Source of the DNA: Desulfatiglandales bacterium
GTDB lineage: Bacteria; Desulfobacterota; DSM-4660; Desulfatiglandales; HGW-15
Length of the DNA: 64,000 bases
Assembly (NCBI GenBank): GCA_963667015.2
Contig: CAXXJJ010000001.1
Coordinates: 2,176,001-2,240,000 of the forward strand
Direction: 5' to 3'
The notes below the pieces were generated by a model that did not search any database, was not told the origin of the DNA, and saw only the letters and a program-made list of their open reading frames with translations. Each line of letters opens with the position of its first letter. Position 1 is the first letter of the stretch. Of this stretch, positions 9,328 through 16,459 are shown in pieces. Both the position numbers and the translations under genes were made by a program.

Positions 9328-9460
9328 GCACAACGACCGCCGATAACCTGCCGGGCGGTTTAGTATTATAGATATTTGCCAACCCCAATTGTTACAATAA
9401 TGAACTCAACTGCGATCTGGCAAGAGAGCAGCCCGGTCTGAGTTTATTGGTTTGTTAGCT
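9328..9460 (-). other. attC site 8
   Basis: GCACAAC ... GTTAGCT. Confidence 0.9.
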
Positions 9461-10102
9461 GAGTCTTTTGAGATTTATGTAACTTGTTTCAAATCCCGTA
9501 TCAAATTCTATTGCTGAGACAGAACCTACAGGTTTTTCAAATTCTAAAAATCTGCCACCATCAATAATAAACTGTGCCGCTTCATTCGGGTCCTGTGCAT
9601 TAAAGCCTATGCCACTAAAATCGGTTGATATTTTATTCGTTTCGTATGTTGATACAAACTTATATTCACCAGGGATTAAATTAAAAACTTCAACTTCAAT
9701 GCCATCAATTCGGATTATTCCTAAAGCAAGATTTTTTGATGTTTTACTAACAACGGCGGCTATTCTTGGTGTTGAATAATCGTCATGCTCGTAATCCATG
9801 CCAAATAAAACAGAGGTTAGCGAGTCTCTAATAGACATGCCAGATTCTAATTTATCAAATATAGGATCGGTATGAGTTCCGTTTCCAACTACGGCGAACT
9901 TTGAATTGTGACGCAGGCAATTGTAACTGATGTATGGACTTTTATAGATATCCGTTTCTGATCCCGGTGATGGTATAACAGCTAAAGCACCATTAATGTC
10001 TTTGATCACTCTGTTCGGAAAGGACCGAGATGATACACGATACATTAAACATAAACGATTTGAGGTTGTTAATCCAACAGATACAATTCTTCCTACGTAC
10101 AT
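9455..10102 (-). CDS. purO: Archaeal-type IMP cyclohydrolase (PurO family, Ntn-hydrolase fold)
   Basis: MYVGRI, YRVSSRSFPNR, PYISYNC, GNGTHTD, MDYEHDDYSTPRIA match PurO signature motifs. Confidence 0.9.
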   Translation of the reverse strand: MYVGRIVSVGLTTSNRLCLMYRVSSRSFPNRVIKDINGALAVIPSPGSETDIYKSPYISYNCLRHNSKFAVVGNGTHTDPIFDKLESGMSIRDSLTSVLFGMDYEHDDYSTPRIAAVVSKTSKNLALGIIRIDGIEVEVFNLIPGEYKFVSTYETNKISTDFSGIGFNAQDPNEAAQFIIDGGRFLEFEKPVGSVSAIEFDTGFETSYINLKRLS

Positions 10103-10117
10103 TTCATCTCCTCATAC

Positions 10118-10239
10118 AGCTAACGCACAGCATAAGGGGTAATGGTACCGATGGTTTATAAAGTATGAAGCCCATTGAAACCTCTGAACTCCAACCGGCA
10201 AGAAAAACCAGCAAATCCGGCTTGATGCAAATGTTAGAG
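10118..10239 (-). other. attC site 9
   Basis: AGCTAAC ... GTTAGAG; gcataag/cttgatgc L boxes. Confidence 0.88.
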
Positions 10240-10245
10240 CTTTTT

Positions 10246-10755
10246 TTATTTCCATCGATAGGGAAAACCTAGCCCACCTATGTAATAATGTTCAGATATT
10301 TGACTACCCTCTGAAACTGAATTATAAAACTTTTTTGAACAATTCAAAGTTACTATTTCAGATGTTTTATTATCCCGAACTTCTATGTGGTAGCTCCAGC
10401 GTCTCCCTTTGCTGATCCATTTACTTTCAATTGGACCTTCATATACTATTTCTTCTCCATTGCCTGTAAAAGCATTAATTGCCATTACGTATGGCCAAGT
10501 CATCAATAGAGTTAAAGCATAAAATAAAATGGCTACAAACCATGTAGTAACCTTTTTTTTGTTAACACTATATAAAAATTTGCGGTTTATCCATGTATAC
10601 CCGAAAATAATTACTGCAAGAGGCACAAATAAGATTCGTACAGAATAGTCAAATCCGCCATTAAAAATTGATTCAAGCCTCAACAATAAAAATAACGAAA
10701 TGCCGATGTATATAAAAAATAAAATGTTACCGTAACGATAAATTAAATCATTCAT
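10246..10755 (-). CDS. Cassette membrane protein (3 hydrophobic segments, 169 aa)
   Basis: ATG lies 2 nt after the R' 7-mer, no RBS inside cassette. Confidence 0.82.
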   Translation of the reverse strand: MNDLIYRYGNILFFIYIGISLFLLLRLESIFNGGFDYSVRILFVPLAVIIFGYTWINRKFLYSVNKKKVTTWFVAILFYALTLLMTWPYVMAINAFTGNGEEIVYEGPIESKWISKGRRWSYHIEVRDNKTSEIVTLNCSKKFYNSVSEGSQISEHYYIGGLGFPYRWK

Positions 10756-10757
10756 AG

Positions 10758-10824
10758 CTCTAACGTACCGCTCACCAGAGAGGGCCGCTCTTTGGCCCGA
10801 ATCTGGTGAAGCGGAAGGTTATGC
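10758..10824 (-). other. attC site 10
   Basis: CTCTAAC ... GTTATGC; cgctcaccaga/tctggtgaagcg arms. Confidence 0.92.
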
Positions 10825-11418
10825 TTGCCTTTGTTCATAGTTTTCTGGGAACATCGCTCTTTCAACCAATTCTATAAGTAAGTGAACCACTTTGATATGG
10901 AGTTCTTGGACACGATCTGCATACTCACCAGCTGGAGTGCATATTTCAATATCCGCAATTTCACCTAAAGGCGATCCGTTGCGCCCCGTGAGACCAATGA
11001 CTTTTATATCATTTTTCTTTGCATACTCAGCTGCTAAAATGACATTGCGGCTGGTTCCACTCGTGCTGATTGCTAAAAGGACATCCCCCTTCTTTGCATG
11101 AGCTTCAAGATATCTTGAAAATATTTTGCTGTAGCCATAATCATTACCGACACAACTAATATGTCCTGAGTCACTTATAGCAGATGCAGGCAGTGCCTTT
11201 CGATCAAGCCTGTAACGCCCTGAAAGCTCTTCGGCAAAGTGTATTGCATCACACATAGATCCACCATTTCCACAGCTAAATGCTCGTCCTCCGTTAGAAA
11301 AACATTCTACAAGAGCCTTCCCTGCATTTGATACAGCCGAAATTGCCTTTTTATTTTTTAAGAATGAATCTAAGGCGGTCGCTGCATCACGAAGAGTTTT
11401 TTTGACTATATTTTCCAT
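10819..11418 (-). CDS. gmhA: D-sedoheptulose-7-phosphate isomerase (SIS fold) as a cassette
   Basis: CGNGGSMCDAIHFAEEL, NDYGY, ISTSGTS, ADRVQELH. Confidence 0.93.
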   Translation of the reverse strand: MENIVKKTLRDAATALDSFLKNKKAISAVSNAGKALVECFSNGGRAFSCGNGGSMCDAIHFAEELSGRYRLDRKALPASAISDSGHISCVGNDYGYSKIFSRYLEAHAKKGDVLLAISTSGTSRNVILAAEYAKKNDIKVIGLTGRNGSPLGEIADIEICTPAGEYADRVQELHIKVVHLLIELVERAMFPENYEQRQA

Positions 11419-11442
11419 CGGTAACCTGTAAAAACATTAAGA

Positions 11443-11570
11443 GCATAACGCGCTGCATTACAGGCATGCGGTGCATACCTTTAAAGCTTATTAGTAGAAG
11501 TAATATCGCGAACCTTTAAAGACCGATTCGGCGATATAATAGCATGTCCTTGTAGATGCTGATGTTAGCA
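11443..11570 (-). other. attC site 11
   Basis: GCATAAC ... GTTAGCA; gcattacagg/ccttgtagatgc arms. Confidence 0.9.
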
Positions 11571-11837
11571 TTGTTTTTGTATCATATTTAATATTTTGTC
11601 AGTAGCTTCAGTCAGGTCCATATCATATAATTCTAAACAATCATCTTCGTCAATTATTATATTGAAAGCTTCCTCAATGTCATTAAATGGTGGCGTATCT
11701 TCAATGATGTCAGGAAGATTTGTTGTTGACCACATACATGCCATTTGCTTTGATTTTGGAGGGCTCTTATAACGCTTTTTATATTTCATAAATATTTGGG
11801 AAAGCTTTTCATAGATTTCATTTTTTGAAAAAGTCAT
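11565..11837 (-). CDS. Cassette hypothetical acidic protein (90 aa)
   Basis: Fills cassette; stop in R''. Confidence 0.78.
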   Translation of the reverse strand: MTFSKNEIYEKLSQIFMKYKKRYKSPPKSKQMACMWSTTNLPDIIEDTPPFNDIEEAFNIIIDEDDCLELYDMDLTEATDKILNMIQKQC

Positions 11838-11861
11838 ACCCTATTTTCTTTCTTATGGAGA

Positions 11862-11949
11862 TGCTAACGGCCAGCTCACAAGCCACGCCGAGATGCTCAG
11901 CAAAAATTGAAAGAAGCCCCTCGTGGTCTTGTGAAGCGACAGGTTAAAA
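11862..11949 (-). other. attC site 12
   Basis: TGCTAAC ... GTTAAAA; related to attC 2. Confidence 0.88.
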
Positions 11950-12182
11950 GCCGATTTTGCCTGCTATTTACCGACTTTGTATTTTTGATAACCAGTTATT
12001 ATCACGACTTAATTTTCATTTTTATTTTCTATTTAGGAATTATGGCAATTTGCCTTTTTTCCTGAATAGGAAATAATTCAGCCCGGAATTTTAATTTTAT
12101 ACTGCTATTTGGGGATTTGAGAAATATTTCCTATTTCCCCAAATACCATTAATGATGGCTTTTTTATTACCACCATTTCAGC
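11950..12182 (-). other. ORF-less cassette (not similar to the three-copy family)
   Basis: Bounded by GTTAAAA/TTTTAAC; no ORF of 60 aa or more; internal 10-bp inverted repeat 12106-12115/12136-12145. Confidence 0.8.
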
Positions 12183-12248
12183 TTTTAACGTGCCTGATAA
12201 CCGGTTTGGCAAGCTTTTCGGCAAATCCGGTTAATTAGATTGTTGGCC
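12183..12248 (-). other. attC site 13
   Basis: TTTTAAC ... GTTGGCC; taaccgg/ccggtta arms. Confidence 0.85.
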
Positions 12249-12659
12249 GATGAATTCAGTAAAAAGCCCAGCATTTTTTGCAGCTAAGAATTGTCTTTTA
12301 TCTGATGTTAAAAAAAGGTCTGATTTCCATTCCAGTGCACAGGCGACATGCAATGCATCCATTGCCCTCAGGGTATTTTGTTCTAATAACTTTACTGCAT
12401 GAGAAATAACAGATGGTGTTATTTGGATAATTGATGCATCGTGTACGTCTTCTAATAGCTGATCTTTTAAATTTTTGTAATCTTTTGCTGTTATTACTCG
12501 TTCTCTCAGTCTACGGTTGAGACCTGAGATAATTTCAGGCATTAGAATTATACAAAGCGCTAATTCTGAAGCCTGTTGTAAATAATTATCAATCTGCTCG
12601 CTACCATGTTCTTGCACATATCTTTTAGCAAAAGCTGATGAATCAACTAATAATTTCAT
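12231..12659 (-). CDS. vapC: VapC-family PIN-domain toxin
   Basis: VDSSAFAKRY, LRAMDALHVACA, FLTSDKRQ. Confidence 0.93.
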   Translation of the reverse strand: MKLLVDSSAFAKRYVQEHGSEQIDNYLQQASELALCIILMPEIISGLNRRLRERVITAKDYKNLKDQLLEDVHDASIIQITPSVISHAVKLLEQNTLRAMDALHVACALEWKSDLFLTSDKRQFLAAKNAGLFTEFIGQQSN

Positions 12660-12889
12660 TTCGCCGCCTCTCGTTCATCCATAATAGCAGATGAAAGGTC
12701 ACTTCCCTTTAACTTTAGACGTGTTACGGGTTTTTTCCAGGCGGGAGTTTTTTGCAACCTGTCAGAAAAGGGAATTACCTCCGCGACAGGTTTTCCACGT
12801 CGTAATAGAACTATAGTCTCTCCATGTTCCACTTCAGCTATAAAGCCTGATGCTTTTTTCCGGAAATCCGTGAAAGTTATTGTTTTCAT
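12656..12889 (-). CDS. Phd/YefM-family antitoxin
   Basis: MKTITFTDFR...GETIVLLRRGKPVA; 4-nt overlap with toxin. Confidence 0.92.
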   Translation of the reverse strand: MKTITFTDFRKKASGFIAEVEHGETIVLLRRGKPVAEVIPFSDRLQKTPAWKKPVTRLKLKGSDLSSAIMDEREAAK

Positions 12890-12922
12890 ATTATACCTCC
12901 AATGTAATTAAATGTGCACTCA

Positions 12923-12951
12923 ATGGTACACTTAAGGGGTCACTTAGTCAA
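12923..12951 (-). promoter_or_regulatory. Sigma70-type promoter internal to the TA cassette
   Basis: TTGACT-17 nt-TACCAT upstream of the GGAGG RBS. Confidence 0.7.
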
Positions 12952-12958
12952 GCTCTCA

Positions 12959-13092
12959 GGCCAACGTGAAGCATTACAGGCCGTGCGGTGCACACCAACT
13001 TACCATGTTAAAGGTGCGAAAATTCCGAGTTGGCAGATAGTTTAAAAAAGGTGAAAAAAACAGCACGGTCCTTGTAGATGCAATGGTTGGCT
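12959..13092 (-). other. attC site 14
   Basis: GGCCAAC ... GTTGGCT. Confidence 0.9.
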
Positions 13093-13363
13093 GCCGCCAA
13101 CCTGTTTAGTTTGTTTTTGACTGCTTACTTTCAATTACTGGTTTTAAAGATTTGAAGCTTTTTGAATATTATGTTTTTACTATATTCCACCAGAGGCGGA
13201 CAAGTGTTTTGATTTTATTTTCAAAAGAATTTCCGGGGAATGGATTTCCTTTGTTTTTTGTTACATTTTTATTTCCAGATCAATTCTTGCGCCCTTGAGT
13301 TACTTGTTATTTGCGACTTCATTTCCGATTCCGCTGTAATTGTCTTCTTTCTGCTTTCCAGCA
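13093..13363 (-). repeat. ORF-less cassette, family copy B
   Basis: Similar to 7860-8121. Confidence 0.85.
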
Positions 13364-13496
13364 AGCCAACGTGAAGCATTACAGGCCGGGCGGTGCAAAC
13401 CAACTTACCATGTTAAAGGTACGAGGATATGGAGTTGGCAGATAGTTTAAAAAAGGCGAAAAAATAGCACGGTCCTTGTAGATGCAATGGTTGGCT
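13364..13496 (-). other. attC site 15
   Basis: AGCCAAC ... GTTGGCT. Confidence 0.9.
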
Positions 13497-13755
13497 GCCG
13501 CCAACCTGTTTAATTTGATTTTGACTTCTTACTTTCAATTACTGATTTTTAAAGATTTGATGCTTTTGAATACTATATTTTTATATTGTTTTGAATTTAT
13601 TTTCAAAGATTTTCCGGGGAAAGGAATTACCTGAATTTACTTTGAACTTTTTAATGCCTTTTATCTTCAGATCAATTCTCGCGCCCTTGAGTTACAGGTT
13701 ATTTGCAATTTCATTTCCGCATCCAATGAAATTCCCTTTGCTCTATTCTATTGAC
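13497..13755 (-). repeat. ORF-less cassette, family copy C
   Basis: Similar to copies A and B. Confidence 0.85.
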
Positions 13756-13821
13756 AGCCAACGCCTTGCATAAGCGGTTTGGCAGGCTTTTCGCCAAATC
13801 AGCTTGATGCGAATGTTGTGT
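13756..13821 (-). other. attC site 16
   Basis: AGCCAAC ... GTTGTGT; nearly identical to attC 3. Confidence 0.92.
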
Positions 13822-13838
13822 GATTTGCCTATTAATGT

Positions 13839-14165
13839 TCAATCAGCTGAGAAAAACTGTGGCACCGATATCTTTTTTGAATTATAGAAGACGCCGAATT
13901 GATGTAATAAAAGATTTTTCCAAAATATTATTCGATCTGTTATATACTGAAATCTATCTATTTCATCTTTGCCGTCGACAGCACCTTCTAATATTAAAAT
14001 ATGATCTCCAATAGATTCAACTAGATTTTTGCCCGCGTCTCTTCTGTTTTCTAGCTGTATGCTCCCCACTGGTTCTTGCTCTAATACAACAAAATCGCGA
14101 TACATATTTAAAAGAATTGTATCTTGACGTTGTATTTTTTTTAAAGACAATTCTTTCATAATCAT
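13839..14165 (-). CDS. Hypothetical protein, second gene of first cassette
   Basis: Starts 5 nt after the upstream stop. Confidence 0.7.
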   Translation of the reverse strand: MIMKELSLKKIQRQDTILLNMYRDFVVLEQEPVGSIQLENRRDAGKNLVESIGDHILILEGAVDGKDEIDRFQYITDRIIFWKNLLLHQFGVFYNSKKISVPQFFSAD

Positions 14166-14170
14166 ATTCC

Positions 14171-14812
14171 TTAAACGATAAATAAATAATCAAGAACAGT
14201 TATCCCGTTTAACAAAGTCTGGTCTGCATATGTCATAAGTTCCTTTGTATTTAGGTTTAAATAATGTTTCCATTTTCTTTTATTGTCTTCAAAAGTTTTA
14301 AATATTTTTAGTTCGAGATCATCACTGAAGGTCTGGTGTGTGAGTTTATCTATCATTTCATCAATGGTAGAGTGTAGGTCTTCATAAGTACTTATCATTT
14401 TTGGGAAACAATAATTCAAGCTGTTAACTGATGAGGTAAATGCACTGGATAGTCCCTCACATGGATATTTTTTCGGTTCGTCAAAAATCAGTGATTTATA
14501 GTGTTGTAAATTTGGTTTTATTTCTGAAATCATTTTAGACTGTAATATTTGACCGAATGATGCTTCAAATGATTTTCTAAAGTCAATGAAGCCCATATCC
14601 CTGATATCGTAGTCAAATACATCAGCACAATTTAAATCAATTATAGTATGGGCAATATTATGTATAGATTTTGAAAAATATAATGCTGAGACAAGGCTCC
14701 TCAGTTGTTCCTTATACTCCTTAACCTCTTTCAGTTTTCTGTCATTATTGTTTTGCCTGAGCTGTAATAAAACGCCAATTGTCGAAATTGTTGTTCCCAC
14801 TTCAGCAAGCAT
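14171..14812 (-). CDS. Hypothetical protein, first gene of first cassette (213 aa)
   Basis: AGGAGG RBS; follows the attI junction. Confidence 0.82.
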   Translation of the reverse strand: MLAEVGTTISTIGVLLQLRQNNNDRKLKEVKEYKEQLRSLVSALYFSKSIHNIAHTIIDLNCADVFDYDIRDMGFIDFRKSFEASFGQILQSKMISEIKPNLQHYKSLIFDEPKKYPCEGLSSAFTSSVNSLNYCFPKMISTYEDLHSTIDEMIDKLTHQTFSDDLELKIFKTFEDNKRKWKHYLNLNTKELMTYADQTLLNGITVLDYLFIV

Positions 14813-14841
14813 TTTGGGCCTCCTATAACATAGAATTTATC

Positions 14842-14860
14842 ACACAACATGTTATTAACC
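14842..14860 (-). other. attI-like primary recombination site
   Basis: Minus strand ggttaATAACatGTTGTGT. GTTGTGT complements R'' ACACAAC of attC 16, and no attC-type long palindrome precedes it. Confidence 0.75.
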
Positions 14861-14882
14861 GGTTTAGAGCCGGTTTGATAAA

Positions 14883-15015
14883 TGTCTATATTTAGACATT
14901 CGTTCCTATATTTAGACATTTTTAAAAATAATGTACATATTTAGACACTTTATCATGTCTATATTTAGACATTTTTGAATTTTTCGTCTTTCTGGTAAGT
15001 GTGTATATTTAGACA
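14883..15015. repeat. Five copies of ATATTTAGACA within a 16-bp near-palindromic consensus TGTCTATATTTAGACA
   Basis: 11-mer core at 14888, 14908, 14937, 14961, 15005. Confidence 0.92.
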
Positions 15016-15019
15016 TTTT

Positions 15020-15178
15020 TTAAGGCTCCTTATCATTAACAATCCTGTCTAATAAATCAAGCTCTTTTACCTTTTTAAAAGGTAGTTGCCACACCTTTCG
15101 ATCTGGAACCCATTTCCCTCCACATGCTTTTATTCTGCTCCTTAAATCGACCTCATTGTAACCGATGCGGATGTCCAC
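15020..15178 (-). pseudogene. Probable 3' fragment of a small DUF5710/HARP-like protein gene
   Basis: Manual translation: VDIRIGYNEVDLRSRIKACGGKWVPDRKVWQLPFKKVKELDLLDRIVNDKEP*; 5' side abuts the four-helix-bundle element; no RBS seen. Confidence 0.7.
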
Positions 15179-15181
15179 GCT

Positions 15182-15733
15182 AAAAAAACAGGCTGAAGCA
15201 GTTGAGACTGAAGGCTGTTAGGGAATCCCAATAACCTCAACCTAAAAACTGTTAGGATTTGCGCATCGCTCGCAGCAATGCGGATAAAACCTTTTCTGTT
15301 TCAATGATCTTTCCCACTGATTTACCATCCTGACAATTTTTTAGGTAGCCAAGTTTCCCCGATAGCTCAAACTGATAGTGAAGCTCTCTTAGAGAACCAA
15401 ATGCTATTTCAAGGAAACGCAAATATTCACTTTGACTTTCTCTCGCACATCCCTCAACAATATTTGATGGTACCGAAACAGCAGCCCTTCTCATTTGGGA
15501 TGTCAACCCGAATAGTTCCTCTTTAGGAAATCGCCTTGTTATCTTGTAGGTTTCTATCGCCACTTCATCTGCCAATTGAAAAGCTTTCAGTTTTTTGTGA
15601 TCACGCATTTGTTTTTTCCTTTTTTAAAATAGGCTGAAGCCTGTTAGTCCGAAGACCGTTAGGAAAATCAGGCCGAAGCAACGTAATTAAAGAGCGAATA
15701 GCCTTCAGTCTAACAGTCTTCAGTCTGCTTTCT
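15182..15733 (-). mobile_element. Inverted-repeat-flanked four-helix-bundle insertion
   Basis: AGACTGAAGGCTGTTAG (15205-15221) is a 16/17 inverted match to 15710-15726; further ggctgaag/ctgttag units on both flanks. Confidence 0.6.
15252..15608 (-). CDS. Four helix bundle protein (23S rRNA IVP / Avd-like family)
   Basis: FPKEELFGLTSQMRRAAVSVPSNIVEGCAR, FLEIAFGSLREL. Confidence 0.95.
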   Translation of the reverse strand: MRDHKKLKAFQLADEVAIETYKITRRFPKEELFGLTSQMRRAAVSVPSNIVEGCARESQSEYLRFLEIAFGSLRELHYQFELSGKLGYLKNCQDGKSVGKIIETEKVLSALLRAMRKS

Positions 15734-15814
15734 CTTTACACGGATTCTCGCGCGTACCTGATCCAGCAGTTTTGGTTTAATTGATGGAGAATTTCCCATA
15801 TTTTGATTGCCCAT
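15734..15814 (-). pseudogene. intI: Integron integrase N-terminal remnant
   Basis: Manual translation MGNQNMGNSPSIKPKLLDQVRARIRVK. The expected HYS.RTE..Y continuation is replaced by element sequence (RKQTEDC*). Confidence 0.8.
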
Positions 15815-15815
15815 G

Positions 15816-16187
15816 CTATTGAAGCGGTGATTTTTTCGTTTTGTTTGGCCTTTCTCCACGGTGCTCTTCAATCAAGTCATCATTGATTTCATTTATAATT
15901 GCTTCCAATGAACCTTCGACAAATTTCCTGCCATAAAATTCAACAACTCTTGTATGGTCGTCTTCATTGCTTAAGAATACGAAGCCTAATTTTTCCAGAA
16001 GTGCTTTGTCAGGCCAACCTTTTTCAAGCTGAAGGTCATCGGAAATTCCAATGATCTCTTCTGCTTCTGCATCACCCGGATTATAACCTTCATAATTCTC
16101 AAAATATTGAGTTGCGTCTTTAGAAGAAGGCGCTAATACAAACCAGTCTTCATCATGATCTTCAGTTGTTACCCAGTATAGTATCAT
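15816..16187 (-). CDS. Hypothetical acidic protein (123 aa), stop 1 nt before the intI remnant
   Basis: GGAG RBS; intact ORF. Confidence 0.8.
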   Translation of the reverse strand: MILYWVTTEDHDEDWFVLAPSSKDATQYFENYEGYNPGDAEAEEIIGISDDLQLEKGWPDKALLEKLGFVFLSNEDDHTRVVEFYGRKFVEGSLEAIINEINDDLIEEHRGERPNKTKKSPLQ

Positions 16188-16388
16188 TTGATATTCTCCA
16201 GGCCTGGTATTTAATTGTAAATTCTTATATGCGTTAAACAGATAAATTATTTTTTAAAAAATATTTAAGTTTAAATATCAGTTGGCTAATTGGCAGGCAT
16301 AGCTTTTGCCAACGAAAAGGTATTACTGTTAAAGCTGAAGAGGGTGTAATTATGGAAAAGTATCATGGTAATGTCAACTGGAAAAACC

Positions 16389-16451
16389 GGGGTCAGTCCT
16401 TGACTGTGAATGTTTAATATCAACTTCATGTCAATATCAAGGGCGGACCCC
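16389..16451. repeat. REP-like inverted repeat / possible terminator
   Basis: GGGGTCAGTCCTTGA ... TCAAGGGCGGACCCC (13/15) just after the GH3 stop. Confidence 0.55.
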
Positions 16452-16459
16452 GTTGTTTT

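Larger units (their letters stand above)
424..14860 (-). mobile_element. Integron gene-cassette array (16 attC sites plus attI-like junction); probably continues beyond the left edge
   Basis: Unrelated AT-rich genes, all on the minus strand, are separated by 65-134 bp imperfect palindromes bounded by AAC/GTT core boxes. The 7-mer at the start of each cassette is complementary to the R'' box at its end (e.g. GTTAAGT/ACTTAAC, GTTGTGC/GCACAAC, GTTGGCC/GGCCAAC). Many stop codons lie in the R'' TAAC. Confidence 0.96.

Noticed and set aside
13591..13773. 60-aa + strand ORF in ORF-less cassette C
   Set aside because: TTG start, runs into the attC, and is not preserved in copies A and B.
14731..14919. 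62-aa ORF spanning the repeats and attI
   Set aside because: Crosses the recombination junction and overlaps the first cassette gene out of frame; no RBS. A leader-peptide role cannot be fully excluded.
14883..15015. CRISPR array or Tn7-like transposon end
   Set aside because: Repeats are only 11-16 bp with irregular short spacing; no cas or tns genes and no matching second end in the window.
15252..15608. 23S rRNA intervening sequence
   Set aside because: The protein family fits, but the flanks are not rRNA; no rRNA or tRNA gene was recognised in the window.
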